Source: a candidate division WOR-3 bacterium
GTDB taxonomy: Bacteria > Hydrothermota > UBA3072
Assembly: GCA_023131835.1 (NCBI GenBank)
Contig: JAGLZA010000033.1
Location: 1-62,349 of the forward strand
Reading direction: 5' to 3'
Length of the DNA: 62,349 bases
Of this stretch, positions 10,429-20,681 are shown piece by piece (within the stretch, counting starts at the first letter, position 1; each line of letters starts with the position of its first letter). The translations under genes and the position numbers were made by a program. The notes under the pieces are model-generated. The model was not told where the DNA came from, searched no databases, and saw only the letters and a list, made by a program, of their open reading frames with translations.

Positions 10429-11073
10429 CTATAACACGGTCCACATTTTATTCTTTTCTAATAATCTTTTTAAATCATTTTCATTTTTTCCACCATTTTT
10501 AATCGTACTATACACCAAACCAATGTCAATTTCCATCAAACCATATTCTTTAAAACGATTTTTAATTTCTGTTGGAACAAATTTTGTAATGTCTTTAGCC
10601 GACCCCACCACTCCTAATAATTTTCCATCAATTATCAATGGGGATTTTGTAACATCTAACCAAAGAGCATAATCTGTATATTGTGCATACTCTATAAAAC
10701 GACAAACCTTTAAAATGCTCTGTACACGTTTATCACTTTCTACACATACCTTTGCAAGAGCGTCGTTTTCAAAATCTAAATCTGTCAAATTCAATGCTTT
10801 ATCAACAGTTGTTCTCAAAATCTTTTCAGCACAAGAGGTGTTCAAAAACAAGAACCGACCCTTGATATCTTTAACCCATACCGGAATATCCAAACTATCT
10901 GCAACCAATCTCAAAAACCTATTATGCTGGCGTATATCCATTTCCATTTTATCTAATTGATTCGTTAATTCAATTAAATGATTTAAACTTTCTTTATTCT
11001 TATCTAATTCATAAGAAACATTTTTTTTAAAAACACGTGTATTAAATATAGATATAATCCAAGATGGAATCAT
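10429..11073 (-). CDS. PAS-domain protein
   Basis: DSLDIPVWVKDIKGRFLFLN...TDLDF...ESDKRV...WLDVTKSPL...LLGVVGSAKDIT is a canonical PAS/PAC signature, preceded by a coiled coil. Confidence 0.85.
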   Translation of the reverse strand: MIPSWIISIFNTRVFKKNVSYELDKNKESLNHLIELTNQLDKMEMDIRQHNRFLRLVADSLDIPVWVKDIKGRFLFLNTSCAEKILRTTVDKALNLTDLDFENDALAKVCVESDKRVQSILKVCRFIEYAQYTDYALWLDVTKSPLIIDGKLLGVVGSAKDITKFVPTEIKNRFKEYGLMEIDIGLVYSTIKNGGKNENDLKRLLEKNKMWTVL

Positions 11074-11306
11074 AACCTACTTATAACCTCCCTTATTACT
11101 AACGTAGCTGTCAATCCAGCAATCCCACCATATGCAATAGCCGAAGCTTTAATTCGGCTGATTTCAACCGATGTCTTCAATACATACTCAGTATTTCTTT
11201 CTTCTAACTTTTCCAAATTATCGTTTATTCTCTGAAGTTCCAATATTATATGTTTACGCCAAACCTTCCAAGAATCACCATTTTCGTCTTCATACATTAA
11301 AGGCAC
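11070..11306 (-). CDS. Small coiled-coil protein with C-terminal transmembrane segment (XhlA/holin-like architecture)
   Basis: Coiled coil followed by AIAYGGIAGLTATLVI. Stop overlaps the PAS gene start (ATGA). Confidence 0.55.
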   Translation of the reverse strand: MPLMYEDENGDSWKVWRKHIILELQRINDNLEKLEERNTEYVLKTSVEISRIKASAIAYGGIAGLTATLVIREVISRL

Positions 11307-11420
11307 CTCTCGTTGTTATTATTTAGACAACTCTTTACATTTAAATTTTTTATGATAAGTTCTATATTCGTTAACTATTAACTACTTTTGTTATTTTGTA
11401 CACAAGTCCATTATATCTTA

Positions 11421-13274
11421 TCACTCACTAAACCTCTCCCTACTCACCCAATCTAAAAAATTAATATAGTCATCTTCTGATAAAACACTTCTAGCCCCGT
11501 CCAAAAAAGATAAATAATTTGAGGGGGTCATATTTGTAACATCTTCTGCTATTGAAGCCTTCTGTCCCGGTTGTTTTGCTGGGTTCACATTAGTTTTTTT
11601 CTTACCGGCAGGTTGTCCCGTTGGACGTCCTTTTGATGGAGTACCTTTTGGAGAATTTTGTACCGGTTGTATACCCATCTTAGACTGCTGCCACGGACTA
11701 CCTACGACTCCGAACAAACCCGCTTCTACTAAAGGTACTTCCTCTTCCATATTTTTCAGTTCATTTGGATAATCAAACCCAAGACTTTCCAAAGAAGTTC
11801 GGTAACTTAGCATACGCCTATCCACCATAGACGATAATGTATTCATATATAAAATAGTATCCATAAGTACACCATCATCCCACCGCACTTTAGGAAATCT
11901 ATCAAAATTCATAGCCTCCGCTATCTGTTGATACTCTCTATAAATCCACCTTGTAACTTGTCTCCTGGCATAATTTACCTCCTCCATTAACCCTTTAACT
12001 AATAAATCAACTTCCGCCGTATTTATATCCGTTCCACCATCTATAATAGCACGGGTAATTGCCAATCCAGTAGTCATATCATCATTAACCTGTTCATACT
12101 TACCTTGTCCTAAAATTTTATCAATTTCAGGTGATACAATTTTTTCTATTTCCAATGTATGGTTCCATACACAATCAAACGATTTACTTGGTGTATTAAA
12201 TAATTGTGAAACAGCTTCCAATTCTTCTTGGGATACCACAGGATATTCGTCATTACCTATTGTTATTTTTAATATATAATTTGTAATACCATCCAAAGTA
12301 CTCAAATCTGCCTGCTTCAAAGCATTTTTATATTCTATAGTATCAAACACTTTAAGTGCTTTTGGTCGTGCATATCGTTCATACGGTTGTTTTCTATAAG
12401 TAATTTGACCAACCAGTCTAGGATCTAATTTAAATTCTCCACCTTTTTCCGCGGCAATCTTTAAATCCGAAGGTAATGCCTTAATTAAAGCTTTCTCTTC
12501 ATCTGTTAACTCACTACTATTTTTTTTGAGTAATTCAGATAATTCTGGAGGGGGTGTTAATGCCACAGAAGTTTTATCAAACAGCAAACTTCCATTTATA
12601 TTTACTAATAATGGATTGAGTACCGTATATGATACTGGCAAATGTCCTTTTGACCATATATTTTTTTTTGCTGCCTTAGTTTTTCCAGTAGTAGTTTTAG
12701 ACTGCTTTTTCTTATTTGTAATTTTCTGGCCGGGAATAGGGGATAAATAAGAAACTCTAGGTTCATATTTTGCCAAAACTTTATAAGTAGTTACATGTCC
12801 TACCTTAAAAAAATCTAAATAAATCCAATCTAATAAAGCATCAAAACCAACATCAAATGTCCATGTATCATAAAACTGTTTTATATTAGCATCATCTATA
12901 TCATTTTCAAAACCTTTTCTGGCTAAATTAGCTAAAATATTTGTAGAAGGTCCAACCAACGGATCTGTATAATAATAATTAATAGCCCGTTTAAAAGATT
13001 CTTTAGGATCTTCTGTAAAAGGATTTTTAGATATTAAATCAAGATTCTGTCTTTGTACAGAATCTCTATTAATAACAGCAGCTTTATCTCTATATACATA
13101 TGGAACAACTCCACCGCCTTTATTTGTATCAATGAAAGCTAAGCTCTTTTTTGTAGGTTCCAAAAGAAAAGTTGTCTGACCTGTATTATCATTAACTTCT
13201 ATTGATTGAATACCCACATCTGGATACTTTTCTTTTAAATCTGCAGTAACTTTGTTTAACAATTCTTGTTCCAT
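11421..13274 (-). CDS. Portal protein
   Basis: 617 aa, helical, between TerL and the head genes, with a low-complexity C-terminal tail (KGRP). Confidence 0.75.
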   Translation of the reverse strand: MEQELLNKVTADLKEKYPDVGIQSIEVNDNTGQTTFLLEPTKKSLAFIDTNKGGGVVPYVYRDKAAVINRDSVQRQNLDLISKNPFTEDPKESFKRAINYYYTDPLVGPSTNILANLARKGFENDIDDANIKQFYDTWTFDVGFDALLDWIYLDFFKVGHVTTYKVLAKYEPRVSYLSPIPGQKITNKKKQSKTTTGKTKAAKKNIWSKGHLPVSYTVLNPLLVNINGSLLFDKTSVALTPPPELSELLKKNSSELTDEEKALIKALPSDLKIAAEKGGEFKLDPRLVGQITYRKQPYERYARPKALKVFDTIEYKNALKQADLSTLDGITNYILKITIGNDEYPVVSQEELEAVSQLFNTPSKSFDCVWNHTLEIEKIVSPEIDKILGQGKYEQVNDDMTTGLAITRAIIDGGTDINTAEVDLLVKGLMEEVNYARRQVTRWIYREYQQIAEAMNFDRFPKVRWDDGVLMDTILYMNTLSSMVDRRMLSYRTSLESLGFDYPNELKNMEEEVPLVEAGLFGVVGSPWQQSKMGIQPVQNSPKGTPSKGRPTGQPAGKKKTNVNPAKQPGQKASIAEDVTNMTPSNYLSFLDGARSVLSEDDYINFLDWVSRERFSE

Positions 13275-13294
13275 CTGACCTCCACAACTGTTAA

Positions 13295-13480
13295 CTATAT
13301 AAGAATAGTACCTTCTGTTCCCGACACCGTAGCTGGATCATCCGTTGTTAATGTATATTTTTTTGCATCCGCTCTTCCGATCAAATCATCCATTGTATAA
13401 TCTACACCCGCTGATCGATTTATGGTGTAATCGTCTGGACCATTTTTCCACCATGGCGGGGCTTGAAAATCTATAGACAT
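13295..13480 (-). CDS. Small hypothetical protein
   Basis: 61 aa with AGGAGGT SD. Confidence 0.65.
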   Translation of the reverse strand: MSIDFQAPPWWKNGPDDYTINRSAGVDYTMDDLIGRADAKKYTLTTDDPATVSGTEGTILI

Positions 13481-13536
13481 AACTTACCTCCTAAATTTGT
13501 ACATATTGATATCCTGGAACTTATTTTTTTAACGGA

Positions 13537-14472
13537 TTAAAACGGGATTGACAAATCCACACCGTATTCAATATCACTTTCAATATTTATACCAACAACT
13601 GGACCAACAAACGCATTTTCCACTAATGGTAACGCTTTACCAAAATTCCAAGAAAGTGGTTCAAAAAAACAACTAATTTTATCTTTGTTTCCACCTATAC
13701 CAATAGACAAGAATTTCCAATCAAGATCCCCAATAGTTTTACCATAACTAAAAAAACTCAATCCCAAACCAGGGTATAAACTTTCTGTCGTGGCAACCCC
13801 ACACATAGATAATCTCGGATTCCAGTTAAACTTCTTATCTTTTATGGGATTTTTAGCCCATTTTACATCAACTATTTCTATTGGAAATACTTTTCCTTTA
13901 GTTTCACTATTTTTACTGTTTTCAATTGTCAGCTCCACATACCTATTAAAAGTACCATCCCGATTTTCTGTCTCTATAATATCGACATAAAATTCTTGAT
14001 TAAATGTTCCTACTTTCCATAGCTTAGATGGATCATTCTGATTAGGATGAAACATTGCCCAACTTACAGGAAATTCAGCACCATCAGCTGCTTTATTATA
14101 AATCTTAATAAAATGATGATCCAACTTTTTGCCCTTCAAATAAACATGAGAAGAAGCCTGTTGTAATTTTCTAGTTGATTTAAGCCGTCCTTTTATCCGT
14201 GCTATTTCATCAATCCGTTCCTTTCCCTTTTTGGCGATTTTCAAAATTGTACTATCTTTTGCCTCTAAAAGTGTCTTTAATTCTTTAACTTTATCTTTAC
14301 TTGCTGCTAGTTGTATTTTGACAGCATTGTTTTCTAAATAAATAACTTTAAGCTCTTTGACTGCTTCACGTGTTTCCATATAAGCAGTTACATAATGCCA
14401 CGCAAATATAACTGCAAACACTACGATTATTACCTTAAATAGTATATTGAAAAAAGGGTTAAAAAATTTCAC
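13537..14472 (-). CDS. Membrane-anchored coiled-coil protein with C-terminal beta-strands (spanin-like candidate)
   Basis: N-terminal TM, coiled coil, amphipathic strands ending YGVDLSIPF. Confidence 0.5.
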   Translation of the reverse strand: MKFFNPFFNILFKVIIVVFAVIFAWHYVTAYMETREAVKELKVIYLENNAVKIQLAASKDKVKELKTLLEAKDSTILKIAKKGKERIDEIARIKGRLKSTRKLQQASSHVYLKGKKLDHHFIKIYNKAADGAEFPVSWAMFHPNQNDPSKLWKVGTFNQEFYVDIIETENRDGTFNRYVELTIENSKNSETKGKVFPIEIVDVKWAKNPIKDKKFNWNPRLSMCGVATTESLYPGLGLSFFSYGKTIGDLDWKFLSIGIGGNKDKISCFFEPLSWNFGKALPLVENAFVGPVVGINIESDIEYGVDLSIPF

Positions 14473-14479
14473 GTTATTC

Positions 14480-14755
14480 CTATTTATCTGTATCTAAATC
14501 CTCATTTTCTGTAAGACGTGTTTTACTGATAATACGAGATGTAGCCAATGCAATAAAACCACCACCTAAAAAAGAAAGACCGGCAACAGCCGGTATCCAT
14601 GGAACACCAGAAGGACCAATGTTAAACATCCCATACACAATTAACATAAAGAATGCAACCATAAATTGATATTTAACAGAAGCAATATTTCTTAGATGTT
14701 TCATTAACCATAAATCCCAAAACAGTGCATTAAAAATACTTAGTTTTTCTGACAT
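14480..14755 (-). CDS. Holin-like membrane protein
   Basis: 91 aa with two TM segments and a charged C-terminus. Confidence 0.5.
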   Translation of the reverse strand: MSEKLSIFNALFWDLWLMKHLRNIASVKYQFMVAFFMLIVYGMFNIGPSGVPWIPAVAGLSFLGGGFIALATSRIISKTRLTENEDLDTDK

Positions 14756-14790
14756 AATAAACCTCTCCTATTTTTAACTATCCTTAATAA

Positions 14791-14804
14791 CTATAAGGTT
14801 AGTT
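14791..14804 (-). promoter_or_regulatory. CTAACCT-TATA motif (candidate phage-specific promoter)
   Basis: AACTAACCTTATAG on -; near copies at 23805-23820 and 40908-40924, each just upstream of an SD. Confidence 0.4.
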
Positions 14805-14806
14805 AA

Positions 14807-17800
14807 TTATTTAAATTTTTTCTTCAAAACAGCTGCATGTATCACGGACTTTCTCGCAACATTACCACCTTGTGATGTAATTAGATCAAAAGTAGCTCCT
14901 TGTATATTATGTGGTCTAACATATCCACTACTGTTGAATAATACAGGATCACCTTCACCTTCCATTTCTTTTTCTACAACTCTGGCTCCATATGCAGCCA
15001 ACAATAAAGCTGAATATAAATCTTTTTTTTGTCCTTTTTGTGGGGTATCAAAATGTAAAATTCCAGTAGACGTTTGAGTAACTATGATATTAAGCATTTG
15101 TGACTTGAGTGTAGTAACAGTTGTGTAACTAGCAGCTTCGATATCTAAGGTTGACCCAATTGGTGGTTCTGGAAATAACAACTTTTTGTCTTCTAACATT
15201 GATTTAACCGTAAAATTGGCATCTGCAATCCACGCAGGATTAAAATATATTAGTTCTAAAATATGTGACCCAGAAAGGTGTCGATGATCATCATTTGTAC
15301 GATCTATAATTGGTGTTTTACCATTATATCCTTCTTCTAAAAGATCACAAACAGCTTTTCCACCGCCACCTTTATCCATAAAAATTCTAATCACATTTAA
15401 TTTATCACATAGATTTTGAATTATCTGTGTTAATTGTTGTGTTGTTTGTGTCCTCAATTCTAATACATTAACTATTTTATTTACAGTTCCAATCCTAAGA
15501 ATAACAATACCACAACTAGCTCTACCCCCCTGATTCGGATCCACCCCTATTATATACTGAGCTTTTGGATCACCACGCATCTCAATGGTAAATCCACTAT
15601 CAATAGAACAAGACTCTATTAATGATGCTTTAAAAAACCCTTCTGAATCAGAAACCATTTCAGCTTCATATTCCATTCTAAATTCTGAACTCGACATAAC
15701 GCGTTTTGCTTCATCAACATTGTTCTGATCGAGAAACCCTTCTGGTAGATCCCAATAAGGCACTTGCCATACTGCATATTGACCTTCAATCCCCTCTTTT
15801 TCAGCCAAGTCTTCTTGAAGCCAGTGGTCTTTCATTCGCTTCCACATATGGTTAAATTTATAAAACCCTGAACTAGTCATAATCATTTTGTTAACTGATT
15901 CTTGTTCAAAATCATCTTCTGATGCCAGTCCTAAACTAATAAGATGTGTTTTTTGTTCTAAACGCCTTACACGTTCCATGGGCGCCAATGAAGTAGCACC
16001 CATAGGCATTAAGACTGTATCTATAATTTTAGGCGGCATTTGTGCAAATTCATCTATCAATACTAAATAAAAACGGGAGCCACGGATTTTACTACCGTCT
16101 GCTCCCAATGGAAGTGCTTCTATATAAGATGGGGTCATACCACCCACAGATTTAAATCTAAGATAACATACGTCTGAACCTCTAGTTGGTGGTTTGTCAC
16201 AAGCTTCTCTTAAGATTGAAGATTGGGCATAAAGTTTTTCCACCTCAGCAAAAATCATTTTTGAGTTGTGTGAAATCATACCATTTGACCAATAACAAGA
16301 TTCGTTTTCTACCTCAACATCAATTGTTGGAGCAAAAAAATACTTTGATTCTACCATTTTGACAAACGATAAATCTAGATCTATTATTTTTTTTAATTTG
16401 TAATAATCTTCTGTTAAAATGTTATATTTTTCTGCTAATTCTATACTATATTTAATTTTCTTTACTGTTACAATATGTGTTCTATTACAACTACGTATTA
16501 ATTTACCTATGTCTAATATACCCGTAGATATACTAATAAAATAATCTTTACACACCGTTAATAACCCTTTTACTGCCATCGCAGTATATGGTACACCATC
16601 AGTAGCCGTTTTACTACCTTCAACACTTTTTAAATAAATATTTAATTTATCAAACTTTCTTTCACATCTGAATCCTATTTCATCTCTAAACTTATTCAAA
16701 TTTAGTAATCCCGTTATTCTTACTTTGTAGGCTTCAGCACATTTTGACTTTTTAATTCTACCAATTAAACATTTATGTTCTGCTTTTTTACTTATACCTA
16801 AATTCGACATTATACCAAAATTAAGAAAACAAGCTTGTACCTCTTTTGCTAATTGTAAAGAGGAGGTATTGAGTGCAACTTCACAATGAACTGCTCCGTT
16901 ACGATAATGTTGAATATAAACATGCCCGTCTGTATCTAAAAGTCCAATTAAAAATTCTTTTACACATTCTTGTGATGCCTTCTTAATAACATCTGGTATC
17001 TTTTTATCTAAGGCTGTTGTTACAGTAAACCCACATTTTAATAGATAATAAGCAAGTTTCTTACGAAAATATTGAATTTCCCAAGTTTTGTTTTTTCTAT
17101 TCCTTCTATCTATATTTTCAGGATCATCAACAAAATACTCTATTAAATATCTTTCAAAAGAATCAAGCAAATCTTGATCTTCATTTACAAAATCAACACG
17201 GTATTTTCCAGTTACTTCATTTATACCAACATACCCATCTCCAATCATTAGCCCCATCCAGTATGCCAAATCCGGTGTTAATTCTCTTGGTATTTTACAA
17301 TCTTTTGTTCTCCAATCAATTTTGAATTCATTAAAGATTGGCATGGAATCATCATTACCAAAATACTTGAATCCTTTTTTAATTACAACGTGATCTTCTT
17401 TTGTTATATCTTGTAAATCTTTAAATATTAAATCCAATTTATCGTTTAAAATCAAAATTCCATGATCGACAGTTCCTGCTAACTCAAACCCTTTAGTTGT
17501 CTTTATACTTCTACAAGCCCGTTCTGGATTTTTCCATTTACTTAAAATAGTATTTTGAGACTCTAAAGATTGTATTTTTGTAACACCCTCTTCTACTGAA
17601 TCATAAAAATTTTGTGCTGTTGTTTGTAAACCGTCTGAAGTCCAAAAAATATCGTAAGTATTTGATATTACATCAGATATTACGTGGCTTTGCCTGAAAA
17701 CTGGAGCTAGTAGCCCGACCCTGTAGCCAGGACGCAGCATACAGCTCAAAGACGCTAGAACCCCTAGTAGATACGTTTTCCCACCGCCCCTACCACAGAT

Positions 17801-17977
17801 TGCCATCACATAATTCTTAAACCAAAAATCCTCAAAGATAAGTCGTTGAATAGGGGCTAAATCCACACCTAATAAATCATATGCCGCTATACATGGATTC
17901 TGCAAATAGAAATTAATTAACTCACTACCCGCCTCTAAAACCTCTCTATATTTTCTCTTTTCAGTCTGATGACTCAT
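14807..17977 (-). CDS. terL: Terminase large subunit, interrupted by an intein
   Basis: Walker A GRGGGKT, Walker B LVLIDE, RNase H-like nuclease motifs IIGVDP, MDKGGGG and KDLYSA. Confidence 0.92.
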   Translation of the reverse strand: MSHQTEKRKYREVLEAGSELINFYLQNPCIAAYDLLGVDLAPIQRLIFEDFWFKNYVMAICGRGGGKTYLLGVLASLSCMLRPGYRVGLLAPVFRQSHVISDVISNTYDIFWTSDGLQTTAQNFYDSVEEGVTKIQSLESQNTILSKWKNPERACRSIKTTKGFELAGTVDHGILILNDKLDLIFKDLQDITKEDHVVIKKGFKYFGNDDSMPIFNEFKIDWRTKDCKIPRELTPDLAYWMGLMIGDGYVGINEVTGKYRVDFVNEDQDLLDSFERYLIEYFVDDPENIDRRNRKNKTWEIQYFRKKLAYYLLKCGFTVTTALDKKIPDVIKKASQECVKEFLIGLLDTDGHVYIQHYRNGAVHCEVALNTSSLQLAKEVQACFLNFGIMSNLGISKKAEHKCLIGRIKKSKCAEAYKVRITGLLNLNKFRDEIGFRCERKFDKLNIYLKSVEGSKTATDGVPYTAMAVKGLLTVCKDYFISISTGILDIGKLIRSCNRTHIVTVKKIKYSIELAEKYNILTEDYYKLKKIIDLDLSFVKMVESKYFFAPTIDVEVENESCYWSNGMISHNSKMIFAEVEKLYAQSSILREACDKPPTRGSDVCYLRFKSVGGMTPSYIEALPLGADGSKIRGSRFYLVLIDEFAQMPPKIIDTVLMPMGATSLAPMERVRRLEQKTHLISLGLASEDDFEQESVNKMIMTSSGFYKFNHMWKRMKDHWLQEDLAEKEGIEGQYAVWQVPYWDLPEGFLDQNNVDEAKRVMSSSEFRMEYEAEMVSDSEGFFKASLIESCSIDSGFTIEMRGDPKAQYIIGVDPNQGGRASCGIVILRIGTVNKIVNVLELRTQTTQQLTQIIQNLCDKLNVIRIFMDKGGGGKAVCDLLEEGYNGKTPIIDRTNDDHRHLSGSHILELIYFNPAWIADANFTVKSMLEDKKLLFPEPPIGSTLDIEAASYTTVTTLKSQMLNIIVTQTSTGILHFDTPQKGQKKDLYSALLLAAYGARVVEKEMEGEGDPVLFNSSGYVRPHNIQGATFDLITSQGGNVARKSVIHAAVLKKKFK
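16265..17689 (-). mobile_element. Intein (475 aa) with LAGLIDADG homing endonuclease in TerL
   Basis: Removing it restores APVFRQ|SKMIF. Ser1, block B TVDH, LAGLIDADG-like MGLMIGDG and IGLLDTDG, C-terminal ISHN followed by Ser+1. Confidence 0.9.
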
Positions 17978-18575
17978 TCCCCTCCGTCAAATCCAAATCA
18001 TTTTTATTACCAGAATAATTTTTTCTTTTTTCCAGCATCACTTTCTCCTCGTCTTTAAGCCTTACAACTTTCTCTTGCAATTTTAATTTCTTACTTTGGT
18101 CAAAAGCCACTGCTAAATCTACAATTGAAAACCCCTTAAATTCATTTGGATTAATACGATCTTTTCGTCTAAATGATAAACTTTCTTTTATTTTTTCATT
18201 TTTCTTAGATAACCTTTCAATTGTTTGAGCCATATCTAATTGTTTTTCTGGATTTCCTTTAGTCTCCCTAAGCAATCTAAATTCTAATACTCTATTTTTT
18301 GCTAAATCTAATATATCATCCATATCACTAGAAGTTAAATCTTCACTATCAAAATCAGCCATATAAACATTAACCAACTCACGATACATTTTAAGTTCAT
18401 CTTCCTCGAATATATTCTCCACTGGTAATATATCCTTCAACATCTTTTCAGGTGATGGAGCTTTTTTTGGTCTACCTGCTTTGCTTTTTATCATTGACAC
18501 ATCGTCCTTTTTAACGATATTTCTTTTTTCCGCTTTTGTTATTGTTTTTGCAATCCATTCACGCTTTGATGCCAT
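17961..18575 (-). CDS. Probable terminase small subunit
   Basis: Overlaps the TerL start; helical; N-terminal AGRPKK. Confidence 0.55.
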   Translation of the reverse strand: MASKREWIAKTITKAEKRNIVKKDDVSMIKSKAGRPKKAPSPEKMLKDILPVENIFEEDELKMYRELVNVYMADFDSEDLTSSDMDDILDLAKNRVLEFRLLRETKGNPEKQLDMAQTIERLSKKNEKIKESLSFRRKDRINPNEFKGFSIVDLAVAFDQSKKLKLQEKVVRLKDEEKVMLEKRKNYSGNKNDLDLTEGNESSD

Positions 18576-18584
18576 AATCCTCTC

Positions 18585-19016
18585 CTAATTCAAAGAATCA
18601 AAAACTTCATCTACATCCAAATTATTTTCTTCACAAAATTCTTTAAACAACACTAACAACTCTGGTGTTATTGAATGACCAAAACTTTCTATGTTGTGTC
18701 CACATACAATCTCAATTCTGGTTTTATTCTTCATAGATCTTTCAGTTAAAATATCCATAGATGCATCTAAAGTATCTTGAATTTTACATATCCAATCACA
18801 TAATACAACATCTTCAATATTATAATACCTATCAATAAGCTCTTCAGATAAAGGGTTTTTTCTTCGAAAATACATTAATAACGAACGTGATATTTTATCC
18901 TTTGTAATCTCTTTATGCTTTTGACCTAACTTAGATTGACTTATAGATCTTTTACTATCATCACTTAGTCTAAACCCTAATGGTCTTCCTCGTTTCCCAC
19001 TACCTTTACCAGTCAC
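18585..19016 (-). CDS. DNA-binding protein with AT-hook-like and NUMOD3-like motifs
   Basis: KRGRP and SDDSKRSISQSKLGQKHKEITKDKIS. Confidence 0.55.
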   Translation of the reverse strand: MTGKGSGKRGRPLGFRLSDDSKRSISQSKLGQKHKEITKDKISRSLLMYFRRKNPLSEELIDRYYNIEDVVLCDWICKIQDTLDASMDILTERSMKNKTRIEIVCGHNIESFGHSITPELLVLFKEFCEENNLDVDEVFDSLN

Positions 19017-19338
19017 ATTTTACCTCCGTAACAGACGAAAACTTTTTACATTTCTTACAAATAATACCGACAGTAATTGATGTCGCAGATGTTATATTCC
19101 CACAATTATCACATCTTACATAAGTAGACATACCTTTACTTTTTGATGGTTTCCTAAAAGTAAACTGTAAATTTTTGTAATCGTCTGTATATTTACTTTC
19201 CCGATGAATTCGTTCATTATGTTTTTTCGTTCCAAGAGAAGGATCATATCTTCTACCGGTAGACCCAGCAGGTAATTCTTGATTTATTTCTGTTTCAGAA
19301 ATATTTTTTTGTAACTTTTTAATGAGTTGATCATTCAT
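19006..19338 (-). CDS. Zinc-ribbon protein
   Basis: CDNC...CKKC. Confidence 0.65.
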   Translation of the reverse strand: MNDQLIKKLQKNISETEINQELPAGSTGRRYDPSLGTKKHNERIHRESKYTDDYKNLQFTFRKPSKSKGMSTYVRCDNCGNITSATSITVGIICKKCKKFSSVTEVKCDW

Positions 19339-19378
19339 TTCTAATTACCTTTTCTTTATAAGCATTAATACACATAAA

Positions 19379-19954
19379 TTATCTTTTATAATCCACAGCT
19401 ACACATCTTTTGGATGCTACGTAATCTGCAATATATACTGTTAACTCTTCCATAGTATAATCTGCTAAAGGTTTTACCCAAGGAGGTGTACTCCAAAGTC
19501 CATAATGAAATCCCACACAATTCCTAATTATTTGGTGTTCCTCGTCTGTTAAAAGCATAGTAGCTTTTTGGACTTTATCAACTAACTCTGCTGCATATTG
19601 TGGATGTTTTTTATGCGTATGACCAGTTTTCACATATGATTGCTTCAAAAGATCATGGATAAGACTTGCTGAACATAATTCGTCTCTTCGATTTTCCACA
19701 CCTAATCCCCTACACAACTCATATACCAATGTAAATACCCGTTTTGTATGAATAATTGTACCATCATGTGCAAGTTCATCTATCGGATGGTACTTAGCCG
19801 TTGAACTGGCTGGGCAATCCAGAAAAAAATAATCTGGAGCACTTATTACACATAATTTCGTAAATTCCCGTATTTTAATATCAAAAATTCTATCTAACTC
19901 AGCCTTAAAAGTCTCGACCTTTTCCTCTGCTGTAATTCCCTTTTTTATTACCAT
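19379..19954 (-). CDS. HD-domain phosphohydrolase
   Basis: PASSTAKYH, HT, LIHDLLK, HYG, IADYVAS. Confidence 0.8.
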   Translation of the reverse strand: MVIKKGITAEEKVETFKAELDRIFDIKIREFTKLCVISAPDYFFLDCPASSTAKYHPIDELAHDGTIIHTKRVFTLVYELCRGLGVENRRDELCSASLIHDLLKQSYVKTGHTHKKHPQYAAELVDKVQKATMLLTDEEHQIIRNCVGFHYGLWSTPPWVKPLADYTMEELTVYIADYVASKRCVAVDYKR

Positions 19955-19968
19955 TCTACCTCCAATCC

Positions 19969-20394
19969 TTAATCCTCTTGTTCACCAATAGTTTTAAAAT
20001 AAGTTATATCATAATTACCTTTTAAAAATTTTTCAACACAATATAAATTATCATACCATCTATCCAAATCTTCTTTTTTACCAGAAGCTTTAACTCTAAC
20101 TAAAACTCTATAATCTATATCATCTTTTAATACTCTATTAAACTCTTTGTTGTTGTTGGTGGTGATGCAATTTTTAATCTGTATACCATCTAAATCCACA
20201 TCAACTTTAAACTCTACACTAGACAAGGTATTTACCCACTGCAAAAATTTATCTCTCTCCTTTATATTCACATAAAAATCAAAAGTTATCTTCTTGGTCA
20301 CTTTTAACAACTCAAAATGTTTTATACTTTTACTTTTAAACATTTCAGAATATTCTGGTACAAATTTACTCATTTTAATTCCCTCCTTTTCCAT
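19969..20394 (-). CDS. Hypothetical protein
   Basis: ORF in operon orientation; true start may be the second ATG (MSKF). Confidence 0.6.
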   Translation of the reverse strand: MEKEGIKMSKFVPEYSEMFKSKSIKHFELLKVTKKITFDFYVNIKERDKFLQWVNTLSSVEFKVDVDLDGIQIKNCITTNNNKEFNRVLKDDIDYRVLVRVKASGKKEDLDRWYDNLYCVEKFLKGNYDITYFKTIGEQED

Positions 20395-20419
20395 CTTATT
20401 TTTTTTATCAACATACCTA

Positions 20420-20665
20420 TCAATAAGCCTTCAGTGTTATATCATCTGATCTAACCCTGATTCGCTCAACTCTTGTAGATTGGTGATTCGGATTATAACC
20501 TGCCTGTTTCCAGCCACCTTCTCGTCCTTCATCCCCAGGATACCTACCAACACAATGACGGGGATTAATCTCATTAAAACGATCTATCTTATCATAACTT
20601 AATGGGTATCTTTCCTGGTATCTTATCCACCTTGGCATACTAAATTCTTCTATGCTTATAGGCAT
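20420..20665 (-). CDS. Hypothetical protein
   Basis: GGGGGTGA SD, operon orientation. Confidence 0.65.
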   Translation of the reverse strand: MPISIEEFSMPRWIRYQERYPLSYDKIDRFNEINPRHCVGRYPGDEGREGGWKQAGYNPNHQSTRVERIRVRSDDITLKAY

Positions 20666-20681
20666 TTAATCACCCCCGTTA

